DNA of 63,125 nucleotides, filler included, from Stramenopiles sp. TOSAG23-6 (GCA_900128565.1; 26 parts of 26 records of this genome joined end to end with filler, not necessarily neighbours in it); one strand, 5' to 3'. Positions 24,484-37,363 are shown, numbered from the whole stretch's first letter. Numbers and translations are program-made. The notes: generated from the letters alone by a model not told the origin.

Positions 24484-26644
24484 ATACTGTGTCTTTGTAC
24501 AAAAGCTTTTAGATGAACTCTGATTTCGTCTGGGATAAATTCTGGTGCGGCTACGCTGTCTAAGAGAGCAATTGATATTTGTAAAGCATCCATTTGCCAT
24601 AGCTTTGCTAATGGCAAGGAAAATCGACATCGTTGGCTAAGAAATATGATTTCAGCCAATTGGTGTCTTAAACGTCGAAGAGTGATAGTGGTGCTATGAA
24701 ATGCGCCCAACACCCAACTCGAATAAGTGTCGTCGTCATTATTCGAATTTGGAATATACTTGTTTAGACTTGCAAGAACTTCTTGACTACATCCTTGAAA
24801 TATTTCTGCGAAGGTAACAATGGCACCGTCAGCAGTAGAGAGATCTGCTTGTCGAACAGATTCTTTTGGTGTCCATGTATTTTGGAAAAATATTTCAAAA
24901 AAAATTCGTTAGGTACGAAATTTCGTATGAAAAATAAATTCGAATTTGAAAAAAAATAAAACATACATGCTACTGGCTTAAACGCAGACAGAGTCAGTGA
25001 CGCCCAAGAAGAGGACGATACATTTGATATGCCTTCTTGAGTCTCTATTTGCTCCTTTGGTACAAAACTCATACTTGAAAATGATTGAAATTCATCACTA
25101 TCGTCTTGGATAACTCGAGATAGTAAAAAAGCACCATCGACATCATTGTGAAGGCTCTCTGTCGATATTGCACGTTGTATGAGCCACACAGAAAGTTTCC
25201 GTAAAGCTGCAGCATCAAGAGTGGGTACCAATTCGCAACGCAGCCATGTCACATATCGCGATGGTTGCACATCTTCAGGAATCATTGGCAGTAATCCCAC
25301 AATTTTTCTTTGAAGTAGTCCATCACAATCATCTTGGTGTCGATGCCAAAAAGTAGCACTTGCATTTATTAGACCTTTTGAAAGTAAAAGAGACATAACC
25401 CCAGAAGGAGTAGCCGTGCGAAACTGCTGCCATTTTGCAACATCCCAATAAAAATTAGACAAGAAGTTTTTTCCTCCTGCAAATGCAGATTGGGGAGATT
25501 TATTCGGGGCTTCTGCTGATGATGCTAACATACAGAAAGTTGTGTGACGCCGAATTGAAGATTGTAATGCCTTTAAAAGTAACTTTAGTTTATTCTCCAT
25601 ACTTTCTATTTTTACCAGGTTATTTTCCATACTTTCGACTTTTACTAATGGAGCGGTTCTTCCGTCGTATTCAGAATTTTTTTGATGATCCATTCGAAAT
25701 GCTGAAGAGTTATCATTCCTAGATCGTTCTCTGATAGACGTATTATTATTTAATTTACTACGATTAACTCTCGTAGTTAATAATTCAGTTTCATCTTGAA
25801 GTCGACGATGGATTAATTCCAGTACAGCTCGCGTTGCTTTGGCAGATTCTATGTTTGCAGACATACAACATTGAGTAACGTATTCCAATGACTCCAATTT
25901 CAAACTTTTCATCGCATTTTGAAGTTCTTTTAGCCATTTCTTAAAATCGCAAGTTTTATTCGTTTTTTGTTTTTTTTCATTTTCTAGAGAAGAATTACAG
26001 GGACATGAAGATAGTAATTGCCGTAGTAAACATTTCTGAACAATTGCACAATCCATACCTCGTTCCTCGGCAAATTTTCTCGCTGCATCAAAATCATTTG
26101 TAGAAAGTAGTTGTAGTAAACGATGATGTGGAACAGCTTCACAGCAAACTGTAAGCCATAAATTTTGTTTTAGGCTTTTGTGTTTTTGATCTTGTTTTCC
26201 ATTTTGTTTAATTTCAGTTTTACTTTTTTCTAATGATTTACTCTCGCATTTAGATCCGATAACATACATTCTATCCCATCTAAGAGTTGATGCGATAACA
26301 ATACTTCCTGTGGCAACAGGAGCTTCAAAAAGGCAATTCCATTTGTCCCTATACACAGATGTTTTATTGTCACGGCCATTGTATATTCTCGATATTTCCT
26401 TTCTTTCATCTAATGGGTTTTGAAGACACGGCGAAAGTTCCAAAACGACTAAACGACTAAACCCGTTATTTGATTCCATCACATTTCGAGATTTTGCAAT
26501 ACCAGCAATGCGAAGTGAGCTATATCCATTATCAACAGAATCAGAAGGTAAGAGTGTGAACTCCTCTAATCGTTCTTCTTCTTCATCAATTCCATAACGA
26601 GCAATGAGTAACATTGAAGCAGCATCCCACCAACTCAACGTTCC
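24484..26644 (-). CDS. KNTC1: Kinetochore RZZ subunit ROD/KNTC1-like (exons 26644-24967, 24874-24484; partial)
   Basis: EAVPHHRLLQLL...FDAARKFAEERGMD...VQK, WQQFR...GLINASATFWHRH and WLRCELVP resemble blocks I recall from KNTC1; GT-AT intron 24966-24875 keeps the frame. Confidence 0.75.
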
Positions 26645-26745
26645 ATGTATTTTGGAAAAATATTTCAAAAAAAAATAGTTAGGTACAAACTTTCGTATGA
26701 AAAAAAAAATGTAGAAAAAAAAATTGAAAAAAAAATAAAACATGC
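26645..26745 (-). mobile_element. Introner-like GC-AT intron (101 nt)
   Basis: GCATGTTTTATTTT...TTTGTACCTAAC...TTCCAAAATACAT|GGA; the upstream exon is cut off by the contig end. Confidence 0.65.
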
Positions 26746-26846
26746 ANNNNNNNNNNNNNNNNNNNNNNNNNNNNNNNNNNNNNNNNNNNNTTAATTAATT
26801 AANNNNNNNNNNNNNNNNNNNNNNNNNNNNNNNNNNNNNNNNNNNN

Positions 26847-29177
26847 AGCTTGCAATATTAGAAAAAGAGGCAATGGAAAAGGAATTGCTCGCGAAAGAAG
26901 CCGCAAAGGCATTGACAGAAGAGGAAACAGAAAAACTATTATTACCATTGGCAAAGAATGCCTTAAAGTTGTATAAAATTGAAGAAAAGTCAGCTAAACG
27001 GAAGTTGGCTGAACTAAAAGCAATGAAACCACCAAACAAGGAGAAAATAGAAGCCGCCAAGAAAGCTTTAGGCATAATACAAAACAAAATTAAACGAACC
27101 GAAGCTGAAGTTGAATTAACCATAGAATCAGAAAAATCGTCGGAAGATGTCGAGAAAGTTATCAAAGATTTAGAAAAAGCACAAAAAAACAATGATCGCG
27201 CAAAAGTAGAAAAACATAAAGCTTTGGAAGCTGCGGCAGCAGATCCAACCAACAAGGAATTACAAGCAGCTGCAATGAAAGCAACTGAAAAAGAAGAAAT
27301 TTTAGAGAGGAAAAATCTGGAAGTTGATGCAAATTTGGTGACAGCTGTCGCAAAAGCCAAAAGATCTAGCGATGTATTATATGGAACAAAGGCTTCAAAT
27401 AAAGCATTCGACGCATTGAATACCGCAGTAAAAGAAGCCGCCGAAGCAAAAACTGCTTCAGATGCGAGCCCAGATAATCAAGAATTGAAAAAAGCTAGCG
27501 AAATAGCAGCGGAAAAAGTCAAAACTTCAAAAAAAGAAGCAATTTTACTCAAAGAATTGGCAAAGGCGTCACGCAAAGACCAGAATAAAGCAGACATTGT
27601 TTCACTTAAAGTCGAGGCTGCTAAAGCAAAGCGTGTCAAGGCAAATGCAACAAAGAAAAGAGCAGCCGAGGCTAAGGAAAGTGTAAAAAACAATCCGAGC
27701 GCCGAAGAAAGAAAACGCGCTACCGAGTATGCAGTATCAATGGAGTATAAAATGGAAAAAAGTGCTGAAGATGGCGTGAGAAGAAAACTTGCAGCTGCAG
27801 AGGAAGCAAAGTTAAAATTAGCAGCCGATCCTAATAATAAAGCATTGAAAGATGCAGCTGAAATAGCTGAATTAGTGGCAGAGGCGTATGTATTTGCAGA
27901 TAAAAGATATGCAGTTCCGGATGTATCTTTCGATGACGAGGTAATGAAGCAAGCAAAAGAAGCGGTAGAAAATGCGACAGAGCAATTGGAGAAAGACCCA
28001 GAAAATAAAGCGTTACAAGACGAAGTTAAAAAAAAGAAATTACTAATTCAAGAGGCTAAACTTAGACCACCACCAAATATGGCAAAAGAAATTAAAACCA
28101 AGAAAAAAGAAGTAAAAAAATTAAAAAAATTGAAAGAAAAGGTCAAAGAGGCATTAGCAAAAAATCCAGAAAATAAAAAATTACAAGAGGAATTAAAACA
28201 AATGAAAGAAAAGGCTAAAGTTGCTGAGGAAGACGAAATTAGTTCAAAAAAAAACATCGATAAAGTTGAAGCTCTTGTGGAAGCAGAAAAGGTAGCCGAT
28301 GTAGCAACAAAAAAAATTGAAGCTGCCAAGGCGGATCCTGATAATAAGTCAAAACAAAAAGAAGCCAAAAAGGCAATAAAAAAGGCCGAAGAAGCAGAAG
28401 CGGAAACGATAAAGGCTAGTGTAAAAGAGGATTTAAAGGCTTCAAAAGACGCTGTTACTAAAGCAAAAGAACATGCAAAAGAAGCAAAAACAGCTGCAGA
28501 TACTGATCCAGGTAATAAAGAGCTGCAAAAAATAGCTGAAAATGCTGATACAAAAATTATTGAAGCTGAAGAAGAAGTTTACGAAGCTGAAAAGGCTGAA
28601 ATTGAAAATGAATTAAAAGAAGACAAGACAAAAGCAGTAGAAGCAGCGATAGAATCCGATGCCGAGCCAGAGAACGAGCAGCTGCAAAGTATAGCAGAGA
28701 AATCTGCAAAACAACTTGAAAAGACGAAGGTTGTGACAGCGGTAAAAAAAACTAAAAAGAAATTGGAAAAAGCAAAACATGCTCTAACATCTGATCCCGA
28801 AAAGAAACAAAAAGCAAAAGACGCTCTAGCAGCTGATCCCGACAATGAAGAGAAAAAAGAAGCAGTGGCAAAAGTAGAAGAAGAGATGAAAGTAGCAGAA
28901 AAGGAGTCAAAAGAAGCAGAGGAAGAGTTAAAAGTAGAAGAAGAAGAGCTCGTTGTTGTTGTCAACCCAGTTGCTGGTGCTAAGGTAAAGAAAGCAAAAC
29001 AAAAACCAAAAGAAGCAAGGGACGCTGCAGATGCCGATCCAGAGAATAAAGAGTTGCAAATTAAAGCAGAAGAAGCTGAGAAAGAGTATGAAAAGGTCAG
29101 AGAAGAAGCTGTAAAAGAAACGATGCAAATCATTGATACATCCGAACCAACAGAACCAGCTCCATCAGAACCAGCAC
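26847..29177 (+). CDS. Second, near-identical copy or allele of the DPxN-repeat protein contig
   Basis: Matches 14663-17005 except for clustered substitutions and a 12-nt indel near the 3' end. Confidence 0.9.
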
Positions 29178-29277
29178 NNNNNNNNNNNNNNNNNNNNNNN
29201 NNNNNNNNNNNNNNNNNNNNNTTAATTAATTAANNNNNNNNNNNNNNNNNNNNNNNNNNNNNNNNNNNNNNNNNNNN

Positions 29278-29728
29278 TGATAAGCAACGCCAACTCAAAA
29301 CAATAATTGGGCAATTTGTGGCCTCTTTGAGGTTAGAAAGTGGTATCCATCAAAACAGGAAACGAAAATTAGCCAAAAAGGTTTTATTGGCAAAAATGAA
29401 GGAAAAGCCTATTGTTGAACAAGACGAATTTTGGAGAGTATACGATGAAATTCATGCATTTCGTCTACATGCTCAAAGTCGTGTTCCATTTCATATCCAA
29501 ATTGTACCTAAATTTGATCCTTTTGCTGAATCAAAATTAGGTGGAGCTGAATCAAAGGGAGAATCGAAGGCTGCGGAGGGGGGCTCCCGCGTAGCACATC
29601 TGGCTGCAGCACGTCGCCGCGATGCTGCGCGGGGCGACAAGAGAAGAGATATTTATACATACAAATCAAAAGTCAACTATTTTTATATTAAAATTCAGTC
29701 GCGCTATGATGCAGGCCGTAGTGTTAAG
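29278..29728 (+). CDS. Hypothetical protein exon
   Basis: Open frame with coding-like composition ending at AG|GTATAT. Confidence 0.45.
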
Positions 29729-29885
29729 GTATATATATTTTTTAAAATCATCTTTTCATTTTGACTACAATCATTTTCTATTCCACAACCCTATTTTTGA
29801 AACTATTTTAACTATTTTAAAGAAAAAAACAAAACCACGTAAATTAATATTTTTTTTATAATATGTAAACAGTAGATATTTTTTT

Positions 29886-31562
29886 TCACAACACTACCAT
29901 AGATACATTTGCACCAGCTTCTTGTTCTGCTTGAATTGCCTGATCTAATTGTTGTACTAAAGGGTGATTATTGTCATACCCTGCAGTTTGCAATAATTGC
30001 ATTCTCTCCCTCTTAAGTCTTGTAATCTCGCTGGCAGCACAAGTAATATCAAGTTCATTTACATAATATTGGGGTGAATATATCGCTGGTGACTCAGATT
30101 CATCAACTGAACAAACTCTCTCTGGAATTTGTGATACATTCTTTGTACTGGCATTTACATTTGGAGACAACTTACGAAGAGGAGTATTAATGTTAATATT
30201 ATCTACATTTACTTTAACTTTCGTTTGCTTTGTAGTAGGTTTAGTAGAATATGATGACATTGCATCTTGTCTTCGTAATTCATCTAATTCTTTCCGAAGT
30301 CTTCCAAGTCGTACTCGATCACCATCTAATGTCATCCTGTGCTCTTGTGCTGCATACTTCATACGTAGTGTATTGTTTTCCCTTTGTTGCCTTAATAGTT
30401 CTTCTTCTTGGGTTCGTCTCAATGCAGCTGCCAATTGCATTACACGACGTTTTAGTTCAACTTTCCCTGTTCTTTCATTCGAAATAATATTTCGAAGTTT
30501 CTCGATTTGCAAATTGGCATCTGCATTTTCCCTCTGCAGAGCTGCAATTTCAGTACGAAGCGCGGATTCTGGAGTCTTTTGTTGGCATCTCCTATACTCT
30601 ATAAAATCATTTTCTATTTGGATACAACGCTTATTAGCAACATCTAATTGATTTTCCGTTTGTTTTAATCTCCGCGAGTACATCTCCGCTTTTTCTCGCT
30701 CAAGTAAAATTTTATGTTGAGATTCCGCTTTTAAACGCGTTTCAAGGATTTCAAGTTCTGCTGATTTTTGCTTTGCAGCGCGTTGTGAAGCTGCTTGTGC
30801 ATCTCTCAACGATCTCTCTCTCCGCTCCGTTGCTAACAATGTCTTTCGTAACTCTGCATCGAGTTCTGCATAATCTGATTGTGATTTCATCAACTCCGCT
30901 GTTTGTTCTTCATACATTCTCTGGGCTTGTTTAGCAGCATTTATAGCATCAATCTCAGCCTGTTCATTTCGCTTTTCATGATATACACTTTTAGTTTTTA
31001 GTGTAGAGGTTTGTTTTCTCCTCTCCTTTTCATCTGTACGAAGTATACGCTGTACTATATCTCCATTGGATCCATTTGGTGTGGGCGACTGTGGTGGTGA
31101 GTTTTTAATATGACTTTGGGATTCATTTTGTATTGTAGCATTTGGAGTAGGACTGGAGTTTGGTGAGTATATTCCTATATGTTCCAAGTAAATGACAGCT
31201 CTCACCTGTGCGACTTCAATACCATTGTCATTCACCTCAGTATTACTTTTATTATTTGGTTTAAAAAGTGGCACATAACTATCATGTGCCCGAAGCTCTA
31301 CAGGAGCTGTAGAAGAAGAAAGGGAAGGAAGTGTAGCTAAATGTGAAACGTAATCTTCGTTCCTTGTAAACGTTTTACCCGTAGTGTTACACCTATAATA
31401 AAGCGGAGCTTGCCAAATATTTCCGAGAGGGAGAACGCCAACACCAATGACAGAATCGTCGTTACAGTTATCCCAAGTTTGATACAACTCTACTACAAGT
31501 GGTGTGTTTAACACAGTAATCAAATCTCTTCGAGACATTGTAAATTCAAATAAACAAAATCC
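29886..31562 (-). CDS. CEP120: Centriolar protein CEP120-like, last exon (C2 domain end plus coiled coil)
   Basis: GFCLFEF...PLVVELY, KTPESALRTEI, LRMKYAAQE and the C-terminal ERMQLLQTAGYDNNHPLVQQLDQAI. Confidence 0.8.
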   Translation of the reverse strand, partial: GFCLFEFTMSRRDLITVLNTPLVVELYQTWDNCNDDSVIGVGVLPLGNIWQAPLYYRCNTTGKTFTRNEDYVSHLATLPSLSSSTAPVELRAHDSYVPLFKPNNKSNTEVNDNGIEVAQVRAVIYLEHIGIYSPNSSPTPNATIQNESQSHIKNSPPQSPTPNGSNGDIVQRILRTDEKERRKQTSTLKTKSVYHEKRNEQAEIDAINAAKQAQRMYEEQTAELMKSQSDYAELDAELRKTLLATERRERSLRDAQAASQRAAKQKSAELEILETRLKAESQHKILLEREKAEMYSRRLKQTENQLDVANKRCIQIENDFIEYRRCQQKTPESALRTEIAALQRENADANLQIEKLRNIISNERTGKVELKRRVMQLAAALRRTQEEELLRQQRENNTLRMKYAAQEHRMTLDGDRVRLGRLRKELDELRRQDAMSSYSTKPTTKQTKVKVNVDNININTPLRKLSPNVNASTKNVSQIPERVCSVDESESPAIYSPQYYVNELDITCAASEITRLKRERMQLLQTAGYDNNHPLVQQLDQAIQAEQEAGANVSMVVL

Positions 31563-31896
31563 ATGTATTGTCAAAAAATATTTTTTTTTGTAAAATTTGT
31601 TAGGTACGNNNNNNNNNNNNNNNNNNNNNNNNNNNNNNNNNNNNNNNNNNNNTTAATTAATTAANNNNNNNNNNNNNNNNNNNNNNNNNNNNNNNNNNNN
31701 NNNNNNNNTGTTTGATAACCTTCGGAAATATTTCCCACAAGACTTTGATGGTGAAAACAGTATATGCTCTCTCCATGTTCATCATATTCCGATACAAACT
31801 GAAACATATACAACTTCTCAAACCAATAAAGAGCTGTGTTCGGAAAAAAAAGTCACTAGAAAAAAAAATCAAAAGAAACGCGAGCGTCGTAATAAT

Positions 31897-32505
31897 ATGA
31901 ATGTCAACGCTCCGAAAAAGTTGAGACGTTGCCAAAAAGGTGTCCCAGAACGTTACATACCTGATTGTGCATTGAACCCCGTGCGCAAATCTCAATCAGG
32001 TGGAAATATTTCTTCTTTGTTCATCATAACAACTTCACTTGTTTCTTCAAAAGGGAGACCAATTTGTGGTAAACAGGATAACTCAGTTCCCCTCCATCAA
32101 ACACGAAGGGAGGTGAAAAAAAAATCACGTGAATGTGATGGCTTTTGTAGAAAAAAAGAAGCTACTATAGGATATACCAAATTACTTTATAAGGTAGTAT
32201 CAAATAATAATAGAAATAATAGTGATGGTGGATCAAATAATGATGATAGTAATTCTTATGACATAGTAAATATTTTGAGTTGCAAATGTAATGATAAGAT
32301 AGATATTTCAAAAAATCATAGTTGTGCTACAGCTGTTGATGGAAATATTCAAGACGTGCGTGTGCCAATAGTCCAAACCTGTGGTCAGCATGGTGTATTA
32401 TTAAATAATGTGTGTGTTGATGGGAATTTGAATCACAAGGAATTAAGTTTCCTCAGAGCATGTGTAAAAGACTCTATAACACAACAATGTAAATGCTGTT
32501 CATAA
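31897..32505 (+). CDS. Hypothetical Cys-rich protein
   Basis: 202-codon ORF; no family recognised. Confidence 0.4.
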   Translation: MNVNAPKKLRRCQKGVPERYIPDCALNPVRKSQSGGNISSLFIITTSLVSSKGRPICGKQDNSVPLHQTRREVKKKSRECDGFCRKKEATIGYTKLLYKVVSNNNRNNSDGGSNNDDSNSYDIVNILSCKCNDKIDISKNHSCATAVDGNIQDVRVPIVQTCGQHGVLLNNVCVDGNLNHKELSFLRACVKDSITQQCKCCS

Positions 32506-32608
32506 TTGAAAATAATATTATGAATATTGAAATCATTTTGAAATAAAAAATACTACTTTAAATGCTGAAATCATTATGAAATAAAATTTATTATTATTTT
32601 ATTAGCTA

Positions 32609-34038
32609 TTAACTTTTGTGCCATCCTATGCTAAAATTATCCGGCGGAATTGCAGACCTTCGGGTTATTCGAAAACGATTGTCTTCACCTCCTGCAATAT
32701 AAGCTCTTGGAGAATTTTGTTTTGTTACATCGGAGACATATTTCATATTTCTCATATTTGTTTTCGAGGTTTGGTAATTTACCAATGAAGATGGGGCCAT
32801 GTTTTTGGTTTGAGCTTCTAAGTGTTTTTTAAACGAGAATTGTTCTGTGGCAAAGGTCTGTATGATAAAAGCGGATGTACATTTGGGCTGATGAGTCATT
32901 GGCATAATAGAGTAACAGATACCTTTCTTGAGTTTCCCGGACCATGTTGTATGCGATGTCCTAGAAAATTTTGACTCTGCAATAATTTGTGTATTTTCAC
33001 GAGGAAGACCTTCAAAAATAATAAAACCTATTGAAGGTTGTTTGATTGCATGACTAGGAATATCTAACATCACTACTACATGTCCATCTTTTACTAATTC
33101 AAGTAAAAAATACGGATTCTTTCCCCATGTCGAAAATGATCTACTTCCTCCACATAGTTGAGGTGTCCACTTATCCTCAATCGAATTCATTTCCCATTCT
33201 CTTGTATTTGATATCACCATATTTGATACATCATTTGTAGATGCTTCAACACGAAAAGGGATAAAATGATGTCGCGGATTTTTTCTCACCGCATTGATTA
33301 CCAAACGGTAATTACCTCTCTTGAGGAATACTTCTTCATTAAAATCATAAAATCCTGTATTCTTTGTAGTGTCATACACGCGTTCGAGAATACTTTCATG
33401 ACACTTGCTTGTGTACACAATATCTTTACATTGCATGCCGATATCTCGCCATTCTCGAGTTTCAGTATCTTCCCTTTGCTTAACTATTATAAACTTCAAT
33501 GGCACCTGATGTTCGAAATCATGAACCTGTCGGACGGCAATATTTATGTGTCCATTATTCGGTACAGAAATTATAAATTGAGGAGTTTCCCTATATTCAG
33601 GATGTGAAACATCGCCTCCTTCAGCTGCCAAACCTTTATAAGGCATCAGTTGTGAGTATAAAGTCTGTATCGCTGTTTTCTGTGTATTANNNNNNNNNNN
33701 NNNNNNNNTCGTGTGTAGGATTTATAGGTCGTAGATTGCAATGACTCTGTGTAGATACTGATACTTCAAACATTCCCTCTTGCCCCCTACATTCTGTGTA
33801 TGGTTGAATCACATAGTGACCTGGTTCTAATATAAAGCTCTCGGTAATAAGAGGCTCTCTTCGAGGTTTGAGATTTATGCAATTTTTTGGATGTACTGTT
33901 GAGATTATTCGCAATCCATAACCAAACACAGATGCATTTTCAAATGTATCGAAGACGTCTAATTGAATGTGTACAGGGATTTTATCTTGATTTTGATCCA
34001 CAGGACCCGAAGAAATTTCTAATTCAAATTGAGATGCC
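32609..34038 (-). CDS. Calpain-like protein with tandem domain-III (C2-like) repeats, C-terminal part (gapped)
   Basis: LEPGHYVIQPYT, ETPQFII, KWTPQLCGGSRSFSTWGKNPYFLL and YSIMPMT. Confidence 0.8.
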
Positions 34039-34216
34039 ANNNNNNNNNNNNNNNNNNNNNNNNNNNNNNNNNNNNNNNNNNNNTTAATTAATTAANNNNN
34101 NNNNNNNNNNNNNNNNNNNNNNNNNNNNNNNNNNNNNNNGTTAGGTACAAAATTTCGTATGAAAAATTAAAATTTCAAAAAAAAAAAATTAAATTCGAAA
34201 TTCATATAAAACATAC

Positions 34217-35124
34217 ATGGTACGTAACCCTTCAACATACACTCCAGTCCGTGGATGTTCTCTGATGCGTAACGATTTTTTTTTTATGTTTTTATTTTTT
34301 GGTGAAATAGTTTGATTTTCTTGTTCTTGTGGTGAAAATAAATCTCTAATTCTTTCATTATAAATTTCTAAATACGAAATTTCAATGGACACGAAATTCA
34401 AAGTTTCATCATCAGATATATTTGTTGGTATGTCCTGTGCTGCTGACTGGACATCAATATCCGCTGACGTAGAACAAATATATCTTGTTTTATCTCTTTC
34501 AAATAAAGCGCGACATATACGTGGAATTAAACCAATTTTATTACTTTGTCTTTGACCATTTTTCTTTTCTTTGGTACAAAATTCTGTACCTATGTCTTCA
34601 CCAAACATTGTATATGTCTTTCCAGATCCAGTTTGTCCATATGCAAACATGGAACAGTTATATCCTTCAAACGCATTTTCTAAGATGTAATTTCCTAAAT
34701 CATTAAAAATATCTTCTTGTGATGCAATATTTGAAGCATAGGGATGTATTAATTGTTCTTGTGTGTCAATATCAACACTTTGTGACGATTGAGACTCGAT
34801 TTCAGGGGAAGAATAAGAAAAATCAAAATTGAACGTTCTTGTCAATCCTTTCAATGATTCCATTATATCTATACTTTCATTTCTGTTTGTTGTGTTTGGA
34901 ATATTTGCTTCATCTAAAGCGGATGGCTCAACAATTATTGTACTTTTACCTGACATTGTACAGATATTTCTCGCACCACCAGCGATCTCTCTAGCATTAA
35001 GCGGTCGAACTCTTACAGCAACCTGTACAGCAGATGAACTTGAATCCAAATGTACACTCGGAGTAGAATCAGATACAGATGGTTGCATTGTTAATAAAGA
35101 AGAATTTACTGTAACATTACTCAT
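34217..35124 (-). CDS. Kinesin-3 (KIF1/KIF14-like) N-terminal motor, first exon
   Basis: VQVAVRVRPLNARE, FNFDFSY, FAYGQTGSGKTYTMFG, SYLEIYNERIRDL and LRIREHPRTGVYVEGL. Confidence 0.9.
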
Positions 35125-35384
35125 TGTAATCAAAGTTTTGAAGCGTTGCTTGATTGCAAATTTGCAAACAATTGAATGAATTTATTTTTTTTCATTGTGA
35201 CGTTTTTTGTTTTTTGTTTTTTGACGTTTGAATAATAGCTTCTAGGGTATTTAGGGTTAGGGTTATATATATGGCATTCTAGTCATCAAAGTTAAAAAAA
35301 AAACGATTCACAATGCAATATAATAGTTTATTATATTCACCTAAAATCAAAATCAATTCAATTTTCATCTCATTTGTTTTGGTT

Positions 35385-36164
35385 TTACATAAAATCATCA
35401 TCATTATAATAATCATCATAACCTCCCTGCATCCAATCATCATCTCTCATGGTCTTNACAACTTTTTTAACTTTATTTTTTTTCTTCTTTGTTTTAATTC
35501 CAGCTTTTTCTTGTTTAATTTTTGCTGATTTTTGAACATTTACAAGTTTTCCTAATGCCTGATAATCTTTTGAATCCATCAATGGGTTTATTGCCCGTAT
35601 AAACTCAGAACATGCTGCTAATACACCAATACGGTCGCCATTGGAAACCATACTATTTGTCANAAGTTTGANAATTTCGGTATGATCTTCAACAGTATTC
35701 AATTGAAGATTCTGTAACAAAATTTCAAGCGTTTCACCTTTTTGTTCTCGAACAGCAATAGGTTGAGGGGCTCTACTGAGTGAACCAACGCCGTCTTCGT
35801 CTTCTTCGTTGTTTTCAACAGCAACGCCACCTCCATCAAATAGATCTGCACAAATTGCATTATCAGACTGTTCTACCATCCGAGTAGCATACGCTTTATC
35901 CGTTTCACCTTCCATTCGCGTATCGTCTATCAAACCCAAAGCTTTATTTCGCATTTTTTCTTCCAATGCTTGGCGTTTCTCGCGCAATTCACGTTCCTTT
36001 GCACGTTTTTGATGTTTAGGCTTATTCATGTCAGGAACTGCCGCCGCCTTTGGAACAGGTGGAGGTGCTACATCGACACACTCCTCTTCATCAGAGAAGT
36101 TAGGTGCATCATTATCCTCCGCAAAGTCGGGGACTTCAAATTCGTCATCATCCCAATCACTCAT
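35385..36164 (-). CDS. EIF3J: Translation initiation factor eIF3 subunit J
   Basis: Acidic MSDWDDDEFE N-terminus, VEQSD...ADLF, Lys-rich stretch and C-terminal DDYYNDDDFM. Confidence 0.88.
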   Translation of the reverse strand: MSDWDDDEFEVPDFAEDNDAPNFSDEEECVDVAPPPVPKAAAVPDMNKPKHQKRAKERELREKRQALEEKMRNKALGLIDDTRMEGETDKAYATRMVEQSDNAICADLFDGGGVAVENNEEDEDGVGSLSRAPQPIAVREQKGETLEILLQNLQLNTVEDHTEIXKLXTNSMVSNGDRIGVLAACSEFIRAINPLMDSKDYQALGKLVNVQKSAKIKQEKAGIKTKKKKNKVKKVXKTMRDDDWMQGGYDDYYNDDDFM

Positions 36165-36691
36165 TGTTATTCTAAAATAATCGTATATACAGCGCTCTCG
36201 TATTAATTACAAAATGACATGGGTAGTACACACGAAGGGGATGATGATGATGCAGATGCAGTCAGTTCGCGCAGCAGTTCCCGGTACTAGGCTTTCGATT
36301 TTCGTTTTTTTCGTTTTGAAACAATAAAATAATTGTGTTTCAACTTTCAAAGACAAAACTCGGATTAAGTTCCTTCATTCATGTCTTTTTATTTTTCAAG
36401 TATTTATACTTCTCTAGAATTTAGATTTACAATTTACAAATTGTTTCTTTTGTTTTGAGATAACCACAGNNNNNNNNNNNNNNNNNNNNNNNNNNNNNNN
36501 NNNNNNNNNNNNNTTAATTAATTAANNNNNNNNNNNNNNNNNNNNNNNNNNNNNNNNNNNNNNNNNNNNCGTTAAGTACGAAATTTCGTATGAAAAAATA
36601 TATTTTTTTTTTTTGTCGGTAAAAAAAAAAATCGTTAGGTACGAAATTTCGTATAAAAACAAAGTATTTGAAATTTATCATGGACACATAC

Positions 36692-37363
36692 ATTCGTTGT
36701 GCAAATGTTTCTTTCTGGCATACCCAACGAGCTCCAAGGAAGCGACCAAATTGCCATTTTTGTAAATCTTTGAGAATTGTATTATTCGTCTTTTGTATTT
36801 TNGAAAAATATTTGAAAAAAAATTCTAAAAAATTTGTTAGGTACAAAATTACGTACGAAAAAAAAATCGATTTTTTTTTTTCGGTAAAAAAAAAAAAAAA
36901 TAAAACATACATTCATTGACATAACTTCTGCTTTATACAGCATAACGCAAATATAAAGTAACATTCTATTAAGGATTCGATCATTCGCTGCCATGAAAAT
37001 TGAACGGGAATTACGTGAATTTTCCTTTGGAAGAATAGATTGAGAAAACAAATTAGTTTCGAATACATTCGGACGAATACATCGGAAACTGTATGACAAC
37101 TTTCGGCAAACTTTTTGTAACACTAACTGAGCTGATTTTTGCGAGTTATACAATATTGTGTGTCTTGATCGTTTTGACTTTTTCTTGTTTTTGCTATATC
37201 GTCTATTCTTTTTGTGTACATCTCCATTGAATTTTGTAGTAGAAGAAGAATGTAATAATAATGGTAATATAGTGTTCGAACCAACAGTTTTTTTGTGTTT
37301 TCCCAATTGTCTCTCGTTTGTTTGGGAGAGCAATTTCGAATCTGACTTTAGGACGTTTTCCAT
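36692..37363 (-). CDS. Hypothetical protein, 5' exons
   Basis: Two open exons separated by a family intron (36910 to about 36793), followed by another family donor. Confidence 0.5.
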
